In this document: positions 29,479 to 36,394 of the stretch, in pieces
Layout: the number at the start of each line of letters is the position of its first letter
How positions within the stretch are numbered: position 1 is the first letter of the stretch
DNA from: a virus
Length of the DNA: 64,000 bases
Direction: 5' to 3' (one strand)
Virus record (IMG/VR): IMGVR_UViG_3300045199_000074
Position numbers and translations under genes: made by a program
Notes under the pieces: generated by a model
What the model was told of the DNA's origin: nothing
The model's input: the letters and a program-made list of their open reading frames with translations, nothing else
Database searches by the model: none

Positions 29479-30084
29479 ATGGTTTCAAGGACGCAGCCCG
29501 TGCAAAATAATATTTTTGAGGTAGACCATCCTTATATTCCTCCAGCTAAATTCCGTTCATTGCTCGGAAAAATAGTCTGGAACACATTTGCATGCGATGA
29601 ATTGTCTGGTTGGAAAAATGGCGAAATAATTCGCCCTTTGCCAGACGACAGTGATGTGCCTTTGCTTTATGATTTTCCTACAACACATCAATCGATTTTA
29701 CCTGGTGATTGGGTTATCTCACTGATTTCGGCGATTGATCAGGCATTGCCTCCGGTTGAGCTTTTACTCGATTGTCTTGAAATCGATAGTCTCACAATTC
29801 GTCCTTATGCCCCAGCGTTCCGAATACCTGCATCACCGTCTACTGAGGCTTCCGCTCATTGTCTGATTGTGTCTCGTATTTTGATAGCTTGTCGTGAAGA
29901 ATTAATCCCGCCCTCGTTCATGACAATGGAACATATTGTCAATTGTCTCGAAACTGTTAGTAATCTCGCTGTTATGTTGGGCGGGGAAGAAGCTTTTCTG
30001 CAAGCAATGGCATTGATACAAGACATAGATACTTTTGCTATTACCAATCAAGAAATATTTGAGGATTTAGTTGATGTGCAATAA
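29479..30084 (+). CDS. Hypothetical protein
   Basis: 201-aa ORF overlapping the next start. Confidence 0.65.
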   Translation: MVSRTQPVQNNIFEVDHPYIPPAKFRSLLGKIVWNTFACDELSGWKNGEIIRPLPDDSDVPLLYDFPTTHQSILPGDWVISLISAIDQALPPVELLLDCLEIDSLTIRPYAPAFRIPASPSTEASAHCLIVSRILIACREELIPPSFMTMEHIVNCLETVSNLAVMLGGEEAFLQAMALIQDIDTFAITNQEIFEDLVDVQ

Positions 30085-31111
30085 ATACAGACGTTCCTTT
30101 TTAATTGGCGCTGCTGCATGCTTACTAACTTCGACCTCACTTGCGCAAGATGCTGAAAACTCACCTTTGATTATTAGAGAGCATATTCCAGGTGTCGACC
30201 CGAGATATGCCAGGTATGCAACTCAAGGTCCATTCGTTTTTTCGGCTTCACCAACGACGGTGAAAGGTCGTGGATTTGATTACATGGTCTTCTTTCCACG
30301 TAACCATCCAAATCCCCGTTTGATTGTTTTTAGTCATGGGGCTGTGGCTGAGCCGCTTGCTTACCGTGATCTTCTTTGGCACTGGGCTAGCCATGGTTTT
30401 GTCGTTGTCGCCCCGCTTCATCGTGATTCAATTATTGAAAATGGTCCGTCATTGAGGAAAACGTCGGTAAACAGCTATTCTGAATGGAACATCTCAGCAT
30501 TGCTGGAAGATCCTGTTGCATGGCAAGAGAGAGCAGAAGCGTGTGTTAGTGTTCTTGATGACGTAAAACTTGTCGAAGATGCTATCGGTCAAACTGTTAA
30601 TGTTGAACGTCCTATTATTGTGGGTCACGGCTACGGTGCTTATGTAGCCCAGATGTTGCTTGGTGCTTCCGTGAGAGATGGTGATAATAAGCGCCGTACT
30701 TTTACTGAACCTCGTTTTTTTGCGGGCATACTGATGTCACCGCAGGGTCCAGGAGTTATGGGTTTAGATGAAAATTCCTGGGCAGATATAAATGCACCCT
30801 TGCTCTATTTGTTAGCAGAGCGGGAGGATGATTTTACAGGGCAGCCTTATACCGAGAAGGCGAAATCCTACAAATTATCCAAACCTGGATATAAGCATAT
30901 TGGGTTGCTCAAAAACGGTAGTGCTAATTCATTTTCTGGACAGGTCGCCAGATCCAATCCTACTGAGAAAAAATTATTCGAAGTCTTAAAGGCATTCTCG
31001 ACTGCTTTTCTGCTCGCATATGGTGATTACGAGAAACAGGCATTCCAGGATATGACGACTAATTTCTTTGAAAGGATGTCACTTGGTGTTGTCGATGAGG
31101 GCAGGAGATGA
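30071..31111 (+). CDS. Exported alpha/beta-hydrolase-fold protein with Gly at the nucleophile position
   Basis: IVFSHG...WASHGFVVVAPLH; nucleophile elbow GHGYG instead of GHSxG. Confidence 0.8.
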   Translation: MMCNKYRRSFLIGAAACLLTSTSLAQDAENSPLIIREHIPGVDPRYARYATQGPFVFSASPTTVKGRGFDYMVFFPRNHPNPRLIVFSHGAVAEPLAYRDLLWHWASHGFVVVAPLHRDSIIENGPSLRKTSVNSYSEWNISALLEDPVAWQERAEACVSVLDDVKLVEDAIGQTVNVERPIIVGHGYGAYVAQMLLGASVRDGDNKRRTFTEPRFFAGILMSPQGPGVMGLDENSWADINAPLLYLLAEREDDFTGQPYTEKAKSYKLSKPGYKHIGLLKNGSANSFSGQVARSNPTEKKLFEVLKAFSTAFLLAYGDYEKQAFQDMTTNFFERMSLGVVDEGRR

Positions 31112-31148
31112 CAGTGATGATCGGATTTCGAAACTCTAAACCTGAAAG

Positions 31149-31223
31149 TGGATGCCGGGGCGCGACTCGAACGCGCATTATGTAACTTCAAAGGCTCATG
31201 TCCTACCATTAGACGACCCGGCA
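31149..31223 (-). tRNA. tRNA-Gln(TTG), atypical (U discriminator, bulged anticodon stem)
   Basis: U1-A72 acceptor tgccggg/cccggca, loop ctTTGaa, T-loop ttcgagt, encoded CCA. Confidence 0.7.
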
Positions 31224-31258
31224 AGGTTTTAGTCGTCTAATGGTGATTAGACAACTGC

Positions 31259-31498
31259 TTATGCGACGTTTTGTTGTTGTCGCGCAGCTGTGATTAATTC
31301 GTTGTGTTTTCTAATATAGCGCATAAGCATCATGCCTTTTTCTTCTGCCTCAAACGTGGCGTCGCCCATATCAGAAAACGGCACAGGGAATTCAAAGCCA
31401 AGAGCAGTTTTATACCAAAGATTATCTGCTCGCGCGCAAACTAATTTGCACGGGCCTGCAGTAATGTGTTCTTTGATATTGATTGGCATATTGCTCAT
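31259..31498 (-). CDS. Conserved phage-type hypothetical protein inside the tRNA operon
   Basis: NLWYKTALGFEFPVPFSDMGDATFEAEEK...MRYIRKH; GAGG RBS. Confidence 0.75.
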   Translation of the reverse strand: MSNMPINIKEHITAGPCKLVCARADNLWYKTALGFEFPVPFSDMGDATFEAEEKGMMLMRYIRKHNELITAARQQQNVA

Positions 31499-31523
31499 TT
31501 GGTTGGTCCTCTATGTTTATTTC

Positions 31524-31611
31524 TGGCGGAACCGAGAAGATTCGAACTTCTGAGACCTTTCGGCCTGCTCGCTTTCCAAGCGAGTGCATTAGACCACTCT
31601 GCCACGGTTCC
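31524..31611 (-). tRNA. tRNA-Ser(GGA)
   Basis: Class II cloverleaf, ctcgc-ttGGAaa-gcgag, CCA. Confidence 0.95.
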
Positions 31612-31637
31612 GTATTCATTGCATTTTTTTTAAAACA

Positions 31638-31712
31638 TGGCTGGGACGGGAGGATTCGAACCTCCGAATGTCGGTACCAAAAACCGATGCCTTACCGCTT
31701 GGCGACGTCCCA
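31638..31712 (-). tRNA. tRNA-Gln(TTG)
   Basis: tgggacg/cgtccca acceptor, loop ttTTGgt, CCA. Confidence 0.95.
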
Positions 31713-31729
31713 GTATATTTTTTAAATTC

Positions 31730-31803
31730 TGGCTGGGCATCCTGGATTCGAACCAAGACTAACGGATTCAGAGTCCGCTGTTCTACCTTTAAACTAATCC
31801 CCA
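31730..31803 (-). tRNA. tRNA-Gln(CTG)
   Basis: gcgga-ctCTGaa-tccgt, T-loop ttcgaat, CCA. Confidence 0.93.
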
Positions 31804-31809
31804 GTATTC

Positions 31810-31899
31810 TGGCGGAAAGAGAGAGATTTGAACTCTCGAAGCCTTTCGGCTTGCTCGCTTTCGAGGCGAGTGCATTCAACCTGGCTCTGCCATCTTTCC
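31810..31899 (-). tRNA. tRNA-Ser(CGA)
   Basis: ctcgc-ctCGAaa-gcgag, long variable arm, CCA. Confidence 0.93.
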
Positions 31900-31934
31900 A
31901 ATTATTTGGCTATTATAGCCATTATCTCCTATAA

Positions 31935-32138
31935 TTATTGCAGCGCTTTAAATACTGCTTCTTGCACTACGTGACGACTTACTGCACCGTTAAGCTTCTT
32001 CATCGTCTGACCGACGAACCATCCGCGTAAGGCAGATCGTTCTTTTGCTTGCTGAGCCTTGTTATTATGGGTTTTTACTAGGGCCATGACAGTTGCTTCT
32101 ACGACATCAGCCGGAGCATTTAATTCATGTACTGTCAT
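31935..32138 (-). CDS. Stand-alone GatB/YqeY C-terminal (tail) domain-like protein
   Basis: GGGAGA RBS; LRGWFVGQTMKKLNGAVSRHVVQEAV resembles the GatB tail G(F/W)FVGQVMK motif. Confidence 0.65.
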   Translation of the reverse strand: MTVHELNAPADVVEATVMALVKTHNNKAQQAKERSALRGWFVGQTMKKLNGAVSRHVVQEAVFKALQ

Positions 32139-32173
32139 GGCCCATCTCCCATAAATAAACAAACTCAATATAT

Positions 32174-32263
32174 TGGCGGAAAGGGTGGGATTCGAACCCA
32201 CGGTACGGTTTCCCGCACGCTGGTTTTCAAGACCAGAGCCATCAACCACTCGGCCACCTTTCC
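32174..32263 (-). tRNA. tRNA-Ser(TGA)
   Basis: ctggt-ctTGAaa-accag, long variable arm, CCA. Confidence 0.95.
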
Positions 32264-32305
32264 GTATTATTTTTGAACTCCCTACGGATAGGAAATTCGA
32301 ATTCG

Positions 32306-32397
32306 TGGCGGAAACAGGGAGATTCGAACTCCCGAGGGCATTTTACCTCCCTGACGGTTTAGCAAACCGCTGCTTTAAGCCTCTCAGCCATGTTTCC
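32306..32397 (-). tRNA. tRNA-Ser(GCT)
   Basis: gcggt-ttGCTaa-accgt, long variable arm, CCA. Confidence 0.95.
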
Positions 32398-32403
32398 ACA
32401 CAT

Positions 32404-32430
32404 AAAAAACCCGCCTTTTAGGCGGGTTCT
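32404..32430 (-). terminator. Attenuator terminator upstream of the Ser/Gln tRNA operon
   Basis: agaacccgcc-taaaa-ggcgggtttttt ending 6 nt before tRNA-Ser(GCT). Confidence 0.9.
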
Positions 32431-32455
32431 GAAACCTTTTGATCTGATATGGAGG

Positions 32456-32548
32456 TCAGATATTTAGGTCAGTCACCGCGCACATCAACGCATTCGAGCT
32501 TGATGAACTCGATTGTCTTGATTGCTGTTGGGATGACTGAATAAACAT
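32456..32548 (-). CDS. Ser/Gln leader peptide MFIQSSQQQSRQSSSSSSNALMCAVTDLNI*
   Basis: GGAGA RBS 6 nt upstream; 14 of codons 4-18 are Ser (9) or Gln (5). Confidence 0.85.
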   Translation of the reverse strand: MFIQSSQQQSRQSSSSSSNALMCAVTDLNI

Positions 32549-32572
32549 TTTTAATCTCCGTGATCTTCATTT

Positions 32573-32601
32573 AAGATGAAGTATGTATTTACCAATGTCA
32601 A
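32573..32601 (-). promoter_or_regulatory. Sigma70-like promoter of the Ser/Gln operon
   Basis: TTGACA-N17-CATCTT. Confidence 0.6.
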
Positions 32602-32619
32602 CGGGTATTTTTATATTTT

Positions 32620-33492
32620 TTACATTTTTATTTCCGGACTGTTGGCGTCGATCTCAACATCGCTGGATGCAGTATTATTTATGAGATGTGGTTTCGTTAG
32701 AATTGCTGCATTAAAAATGGCTAATCCTCCGACTGATCGATCATAAACGCCATCGATTCCTCTCTTTCGGGCCTGCAGATCGAAATCGTCTCTACCGATG
32801 ATAGACACTAGCCCGCTTTCTATCCATTTTTGATTGTCCTTATGATTTCTCAAGTCGAGTATCAAGGCCCCTTCTTTGATTGTGGTGACGATAACGGCTC
32901 CACCATTTTCGTCATCTGAAAATTCCGCATAGTTTGAGATTGCCAGTTCCACATCGTCAGCCACATAAAATGCGCGTCCAAAATAGCCTGTTCCAATAGA
33001 TGGTTTGATACCGTAATTCAGGATGTCTTCCGCATTTTCATTCGATGTCCCGTGATAAACTTCCCTACACGACCATCCAATTGCTCCTGAAGGAACTCCG
33101 TCATTCGGGCTGAGGGAGGCCAGCAAGATTGCTTGTTTGACGACATCAACATCGTCCCAAGTGAGATTTCCGCCGATGGAAGGTCCGCTGTCACTTGTAA
33201 GTTTTGGGAACTTATCCAATACATGTGGTAATAGCTGCATTGTGTGTGGATCAACGTAAGTGCCATGCGGCCCGTCTATTTTTACCTCGACGGTTTCGTA
33301 ATCCTCCAATGTATCCAGTTTTCGTTTTGGGCTACATTGATATCCGTACTTGTCGGCCTGGATCGATAATGACCATCCGTGATCCCACTTAATGGATGGG
33401 AATAAACGGCCGTCTTCTTCGGTTCTTTTAGTCATAAGCTCAAACTCGTAGTTTTCATGCTTCAAAATATGGAATAGTAATGAAACAATCAA
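32620..33492 (-). CDS. Two-domain hypothetical protein with a C-terminal PARP/ART-like (H-Y) domain
   Basis: VYHGTS...GYFGRAFYVADD...A..Y motif. Confidence 0.55.
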   Translation of the reverse strand: MIVSLLFHILKHENYEFELMTKRTEEDGRLFPSIKWDHGWSLSIQADKYGYQCSPKRKLDTLEDYETVEVKIDGPHGTYVDPHTMQLLPHVLDKFPKLTSDSGPSIGGNLTWDDVDVVKQAILLASLSPNDGVPSGAIGWSCREVYHGTSNENAEDILNYGIKPSIGTGYFGRAFYVADDVELAISNYAEFSDDENGGAVIVTTIKEGALILDLRNHKDNQKWIESGLVSIIGRDDFDLQARKRGIDGVYDRSVGGLAIFNAAILTKPHLINNTASSDVEIDANSPEIKM

Positions 33493-33525
33493 TCAGCATT
33501 AGTTGGTTCGATTTGGTCAGTTCGA

Positions 33526-33861
33526 ATGCGACCACAGAAAGAGAGTTTTATAAAAATGACGACTGGAAGATCTAAACTTGCTGCCGAAATTAAAGATTTC
33601 ATTGAAAAGCACGCAAACATTTCACCAAATTACGACCCTGAACACGATGATCCAGAAGATAGATTTACTGGACCTGATGCGTCTTTGATGAACCAGGCTG
33701 CCTTGGCATTAGAAGAAGACCTTGAATTCACTTATGTGCATTCTGACTGGGGGTCCGGTTGCTACTCTCCATATGGTGATAAGCAGGCGCGTGCTTGGCA
33801 CGATGACCTTAAACAGCGCGCCAATGACCTTCGGCTATCTCCTAAGCCTTCACTGCGCTAA
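33526..33861 (+). CDS. Hypothetical protein
   Basis: 111-aa ORF. Confidence 0.65.
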   Translation: MRPQKESFIKMTTGRSKLAAEIKDFIEKHANISPNYDPEHDDPEDRFTGPDASLMNQAALALEEDLEFTYVHSDWGSGCYSPYGDKQARAWHDDLKQRANDLRLSPKPSLR

Positions 33862-34785
33862 CTTATTTGCGGTATCCAGCACATAGGACGCCGCAGTATT
33901 AAAATTGGAGAACGTTTTGAAGGCTGTGTAATCCTTAGGAGGGACACCGAGCTTAGGAGACGAGTCCCCTCCATTTTGAGGGCCGTAGAGCCACAACCAG
34001 AGATTGGCATCGGTAATCGAACCTTGAGGATTGGTTCGTCCGCCACCATTACCACCAGCGCCCATCGAACAATTCTGTCCGTCAGGTATGCGTGCATCAC
34101 GTTGTATTCGCTCTATATCGATTGAGCTATTCTGCTTTATGATTGGATAGCATCCATATTCTCTTCTCAGTCTGTCTGATGTTTCTTCTTTCCAAAGGTC
34201 CATTAGAATGCGCTCTCCGGTGCCAGCGGCCCAATATGCGGATGCCTTTCCTGTCATTGAGGCTATTTGTCTGGAAGACGAGCGCACGCGACCTGGCAGG
34301 AATTTGTAATCACCGCCCATGAGTGAAAGTCCAAGAGTAGCAAATGCTACAGCTCTATTCTCTTCCTGATCTGATAATGCAGTGTCAAGACAATGAGCAG
34401 CATGATATAGAAGAAGCCAGCTTGCAGTTTCGGCGCTCGACGGCAAGTCATAAATAGTCGGCAATGGGGAGCCATAAGAATCTGCAATGAAATTTGGATC
34501 TATATTTGAGATGGGAGGCAGCAGCGCGCATACGCGTCGCGTTCCTTTTCCGTCGAAATCATATTCGATAATATGCGACATACCCATTAATTCAGTGTTA
34601 GACGTCATAAAGCGAACATGTTCACTGCACCAATTTTGTTTTGTTTTTTCACATAAAATTGCGGCGGTTCTAGCCCAGAATTCTGCTGGATCGTCACGAC
34701 GTTCGAGAATGGCAATCTGAACACCTGATACACTTTCCAATGCTGTAATAAAAGCGAAGGCGGCTGTTGGTAAATCTATTGCCAT
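33850..34785 (-). CDS. Hypothetical protein with a degenerate zincin-like motif (YHAAHC)
   Basis: GGAG RBS; 311 aa. Confidence 0.7.
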   Translation of the reverse strand: MAIDLPTAAFAFITALESVSGVQIAILERRDDPAEFWARTAAILCEKTKQNWCSEHVRFMTSNTELMGMSHIIEYDFDGKGTRRVCALLPPISNIDPNFIADSYGSPLPTIYDLPSSAETASWLLLYHAAHCLDTALSDQEENRAVAFATLGLSLMGGDYKFLPGRVRSSSRQIASMTGKASAYWAAGTGERILMDLWKEETSDRLRREYGCYPIIKQNSSIDIERIQRDARIPDGQNCSMGAGGNGGGRTNPQGSITDANLWLWLYGPQNGGDSSPKLGVPPKDYTAFKTFSNFNTAASYVLDTANKLAQ

Positions 34786-34923
34786 CGAAAAACTCCAATA
34801 TTTTGTCTAATGATAGTGGCGTTATATGCTCGAAACCAACACTTTTATTGCCGAATGAGGGAAAGGCTTTTTTGTTACGTGATTTTATTTTTAAAAATAA
34901 TAATAAAAAAGTGAAAAATCGTA

Positions 34924-34952
34924 TTGACAGTTTCTTCGACCTAATGCATTTA
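34924..34952 (+). promoter_or_regulatory. Sigma70-like promoter of the Leu/Pro/His/Tyr operon
   Basis: TTGACA-N17-CATTTA. Confidence 0.6.
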
Positions 34953-34996
34953 TGGATAACACGACGAATTCACGTCGCCAATTTGAGGATAGTGAA

Positions 34997-35164
34997 ATGA
35001 CAACATCGGCACATACAGTACAGGGAAAGGTTGCGGCAGTTTCTGCTCGCGTCGCCCTGTCTCGTGCCTTGTCGGCACTACCTCATCTCCCACATTTGTT
35101 ACCACTCCCGTATTTGGGATGTGGTCAGCGGGCTGTATTGGCGACTGAAGGATACGCAAATTAA
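34997..35164 (+). CDS. Leu/Pro/His/Tyr leader peptide (55 aa; control run LPHLPHLLPLPYL at 35078-35116)
   Basis: GAGGA RBS 7 nt upstream of the ATG at 34997; 13 consecutive Leu/Pro/His/Tyr codons. Confidence 0.85.
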   Translation: MTTSAHTVQGKVAAVSARVALSRALSALPHLPHLLPLPYLGCGQRAVLATEGYAN

Positions 35165-35183
35165 GTAATCCTTCAATCCAACC

Positions 35184-35230
35184 AAGAAGAAACCCTCGCT
35201 GGCCACAAGCTACCGAGGGTTTCTTCTTTT
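35184..35230 (+). terminator. Attenuator terminator upstream of tRNA cluster 2
   Basis: Perfect 15-bp stem aagaagaaaccctcg / cgagggtttcttctt followed by tt. Confidence 0.9.
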
Positions 35231-35370
35231 GTGCGTCTGTATTTCCTCGTTAGAGGGTTCTGTTTATAACAGAATGATCTTTGAAATTGTGAGCAAGAAC
35301 AGTGCAAGCTGGCTTTGGATGTTGTGGCCGTCACCGCGATATTCTTTGGTGAGCTAGTTTGCGAAGAATT

Positions 35371-35454
35371 GGAGGGTTGCCCGAGAGGCCGAACGGGACG
35401 GACTGTAAATCCGTTGAGAAATCCGCGTTGGTTCGAATCCAACACCCTTCACCA
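35371..35454 (+). tRNA. tRNA-Tyr(GTA)
   Basis: acgga-ctGTAaa-tccgt, CCA. Confidence 0.95.
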
Positions 35455-35461
35455 ATTAAAT

Positions 35462-35544
35462 GTGGCAGTGGCGGAATAGGTAGACGCGGTGGATTCAAAA
35501 TCCATTGGGAAACCGTGAGAGTTCGAGTCTCTCCTGCCGCACCA
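35462..35544 (+). tRNA. tRNA-Leu(CAA)
   Basis: gtgga-ttCAAaa-tccat, CCA. Confidence 0.95.
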
Positions 35545-35622
35545 AAATGAATGTATCCGTCTGGGTTTAGAGTATTTAAATATTCAACCCAGACGGAGAA
35601 GAGAAAATGTAATCCGATCTTT

Positions 35623-35699
35623 CGGAGTGTAGCGCAGTCTGGTAGCGCACCTGCCTTGGGAGCAGGGGGTCGCAGGTTCGAATCCTGCCGTTCCGACCA
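35623..35699 (+). tRNA. tRNA-Pro(TGG)
   Basis: cctgc-ctTGGga-gcagg, C1 start, CCA. Confidence 0.95.
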
Positions 35700-35729
35700 T
35701 CGGATTACATTTTCTCTTCGGAGAAATAT

Positions 35730-35812
35730 GCGGTTATGGCGAAATTGGTAGACGCACCAGATTTAGGTTCTGGCGGGAAACCGTGGGGGTTCGAGTCCCT
35801 CTAACCGTACCA
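35730..35812 (+). tRNA. tRNA-Leu(TAG)
   Basis: ccaga-ttTAGgt-tctgg, CCA. Confidence 0.95.
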
Positions 35813-35828
35813 TCTTTTAATACTAATT

Positions 35829-36049
35829 GGGGATGCTCGCCTGGATTCGGTGTGGGCAGTTGCAAAAAACGTAGAACGCGACCGGGGTAAAACCCGGTCT
35901 TCGAAATATCTCAAGCACACGAGTTGTGGATGCACCGAAATAGCCAGAGAGGGCCGAGTAGGGAAGCGCGTTTCTCAAGCATTGAGGTAGCCTGTGGTAA
36001 TGCTCAGGTCCGAAGACAATCGCCGGTTCGAACCCGGTCATCTCCACCA
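35829..36049 (+). ncRNA. Short one-piece tmRNA-like RNA (221 nt)
   Basis: GGGGATG/CATCTCC acceptor with G3-U70, A discriminator and CCA; ctGGATTCG near the 5' end; T arm ccgg-ttcgaac-ccgg; long irregular helix 2. Confidence 0.7.
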
Positions 36050-36054
36050 TTTTC

Positions 36055-36146
36055 GGGGGACGCCAATAAGGATGGGCGGTTCTGTCACTCGGTTGTAACC
36101 CGAGTCCCTATGCGGCAAGCAGTTCAAATCTAGCCGTCCCCCACCA
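36055..36146 (+). ncRNA. Non-canonical tRNA-like RNA A (8-bp acceptor, GTA loop)
   Basis: gggggacg/cgtccccc + ACCA; actcgg-ttGTAac-ccgagt; T-loop ttcaaat. Confidence 0.65.
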
Positions 36147-36154
36147 TTTCGCAC

Positions 36155-36244
36155 GGGGAGTGCGTTAAGAAGGGTATGACAACCCTGGCAGGCCGTACAC
36201 CTGTCCCCTAGTGGCTACGGTAAAAATCCGTCCACTCCCCACCA
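36155..36244 (+). ncRNA. Non-canonical tRNA-like RNA B (8-bp acceptor, GTA loop, degenerate T-loop)
   Basis: ggggagtg/cactcccc + ACCA; gcagg-ccGTAca-cctgt; acgg-taaaaat-ccgt. Confidence 0.65.
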
Positions 36245-36310
36245 AATTTAAACTAACGGGCCGAGACCTGCTGCCTTAAGTGGCGCTGCTCGGCCCGTGA
36301 ACGAAGAATT

Positions 36311-36387
36311 CGGAGTATAGCGCAGCCTGGTAGCGCGATGGTTTTGGGAACCATAGGTCGCAGGTTCGAAGCCTGCTACTCCGACCA
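36311..36387 (+). tRNA. tRNA-Pro(TGG), second copy
   Basis: atggt-ttTGGga-accat, CCA. Confidence 0.93.
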
Positions 36388-36394
36388 ACTAAAT

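Noticed and set aside
31422-32421. ORF-track ORFs overlapping tRNA cluster 1 (e.g. 31616-31879, 31668-31934, 32173-32421, and the N-terminal extension of 31935-32249)
   Set aside because: They run through tRNA genes and are shadows of structured RNA.
32516-32518. AGA (Arg) codon inside the Ser/Gln run
   Set aside because: No Arg-TCT tRNA in that cluster; a single exception that does not break the pattern but has no match here.
34952-34996. Longer start for the Leu/Pro/His/Tyr leader (ATG 34952)
   Set aside because: It overlaps the predicted -10 box and has no RBS; ATG 34997 has GAGGA at 7 nt.
35829-36049. tRNA-Ala with a group I intron
   Set aside because: The insert is too short and no P7 core is recognisable; the 5' motif and helix fit tmRNA better.
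36055-36244. tRNA-Sec, tRNA-Pyl or suppressor tRNAs, and stop-codon reassignment
   Set aside because: Loops read GTA, not TCA or CTA, and the long genes translate cleanly with code 11.
35556-36298. Long spacer hairpins (35556-35597, 36256-36298) as separate ncRNAs
   Set aside because: No terminal CCA or family motif; more simply processing or stability stems in the precursor.
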